64,000 nt of DNA from Meiothermus sp. Lineage in GTDB: Bacteria; Deinococcota; Deinococci; Deinococcales; Thermaceae. The notes beneath the pieces were generated by a model that searched no databases, was not told where the DNA came from, and saw only the letters and a program-made list of their open reading frames with translations. The stretch spans positions 1 to 64,000 of the forward strand of contig JANRLD010000094.1 of assembly GCA_033762915.1 (NCBI GenBank), in the 5' to 3' direction. Positions 62,938-64,000 of this stretch are shown piece by piece (position 1 is the stretch's first letter; each line of letters begins with the position of its first letter). A program made the position numbers and the translations under genes.

Positions 62938-64000
62938 ATGGGCAAACTCAGATGGTTAGTGCTGGTTCTGGCAATACTCGCGATCGGCAGCGCGCTGGCG
63001 CAGCCACTGGTGCGCTCGGCGCGCTTCGGCGGCAGCGGCAACGCCGTTATGGGCGGCACCTTCACCTACGGGCTGGTCGGGCTGCCCCCGACCTTCAACC
63101 CCTTCACCGTGCAGTCGCTCTCGGATACCTTCATCCAGTACCTGTGGTTCCCCCAGCTGGTGCAGTTCAACGCGGCCACCGGCAGCTTCGACTGCTACGT
63201 GTGCACCAACTTTCAGCAGCGCGGCCTGACCCTAGACTTTAACATCCGCTCGGGCATCCAGTGGTCGGATGGCCGGCCCCTGACCGCTGACGACATCCTC
63301 TACAGCGCCGAGCTGCACGCCAACGCTCAGGTCAACTCGCGTCAGCGCACCGACTTCGTACAGGGCGGCCGGCCGCTGCGCTGGACGAGGGTGGACAACG
63401 ACACCATTCGCCTAACCCTCAACACCCCCGACGCCGCCGTGCTCGACCTGGCCGACTGGCCCATCGTGCCGCGCCACGTCTGGCAGCCCATCTTCGAGCG
63501 CGGCGGGGCCGCCGCCGTGCAGGCCGCCTACAACGTCAACACCCCGCCCGCCCAGATCGTCGGCGCTGGCCCCTTCCTGGTCGAGGCCTACCGCCCCGGC
63601 GAGGAGATGGTGCTGCGGAAGAACCCCAACTACTGGGGCGTGGACGAGAAGGGCAACAAGTTGCCCTACATCGACCGCATCATCGCCAAGAACTACGCCG
63701 ACACCAACGCCCGCCTGGCGGGCTACATCGCAGGCCAGTTCGACTTCTTCCAGCCCCTGACCATCGACGAGGTGCAGGGCGTGCGCCAGGCCACCAGCGG
63801 CGGCCGCCTCGACGCCGAGCTGAAGGTGAACATCACCCAGACCGCCGTCACCTCGACCATCTTCTGCAACATGCAGAACGTCGACCCCTTCAAGGCCCAG
63901 CTGTGCCGCAACGTCAAGTTCCGCCGCGCGCTGTCGCACCTGATCGACCGCGAGACCATCATTCGCGTGGGCCTGGGCGGCCTGGGCCGGCCCCTCTACG
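62938..64000 (+). CDS. peptide ABC transporter substrate-binding protein (family 5), truncated by window end
   Basis: AGGAGG RBS; MGKLRWLVLVLAILAIGSALAQ signal; PTFNPF, WSDGRPLTADD, GPF, KNPNYW. Confidence 0.9.
   Translation, partial: MGKLRWLVLVLAILAIGSALAQPLVRSARFGGSGNAVMGGTFTYGLVGLPPTFNPFTVQSLSDTFIQYLWFPQLVQFNAATGSFDCYVCTNFQQRGLTLDFNIRSGIQWSDGRPLTADDILYSAELHANAQVNSRQRTDFVQGGRPLRWTRVDNDTIRLTLNTPDAAVLDLADWPIVPRHVWQPIFERGGAAAVQAAYNVNTPPAQIVGAGPFLVEAYRPGEEMVLRKNPNYWGVDEKGNKLPYIDRIIAKNYADTNARLAGYIAGQFDFFQPLTIDEVQGVRQATSGGRLDAELKVNITQTAVTSTIFCNMQNVDPFKAQLCRNVKFRRALSHLIDRETIIRVGLGGLGRPLY

Overview
High-GC chromosomal window from a Deinococcus-Thermus bacterium, probably Meiothermus/Calidithermus-like (inferred from gene order, many apparently leaderless genes and very frequent CTCGAG). 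Core genes: an arg/car cluster (argG, argH, an argA-like GNAT, carA), plsY, glyA, the ygfZ-cinA-thpR-recA-rny run, cobB, nnr, thrB, fumC, sodA and a GntR-led peptide-ABC catabolic operon. Main accessory features: (1) An IS110 element (27937-29207) whose ends, 2-nt core, circle-junction promoter and four candidate bridge-RNA guides can be read from the sequence; its recombinase is frameshifted by an 8-bp duplication. (2) A tandem array of five S8 subtilase lipoproteins, each with 3-5 GWN(A/G)Wxx heptad repeats, different C-terminal domains and a shared upstream motif, plus a relic of a sixth copy. (3) A HicB-like/PD-(D/E)xK nuclease fusion preceded by a strongly structured 260-nt non-coding segment inside the arg cluster. 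(4) Two low-GC orphan genes, an IS630 end and several REP/MITE families. All calls come from reading motifs by eye; no searches were run.
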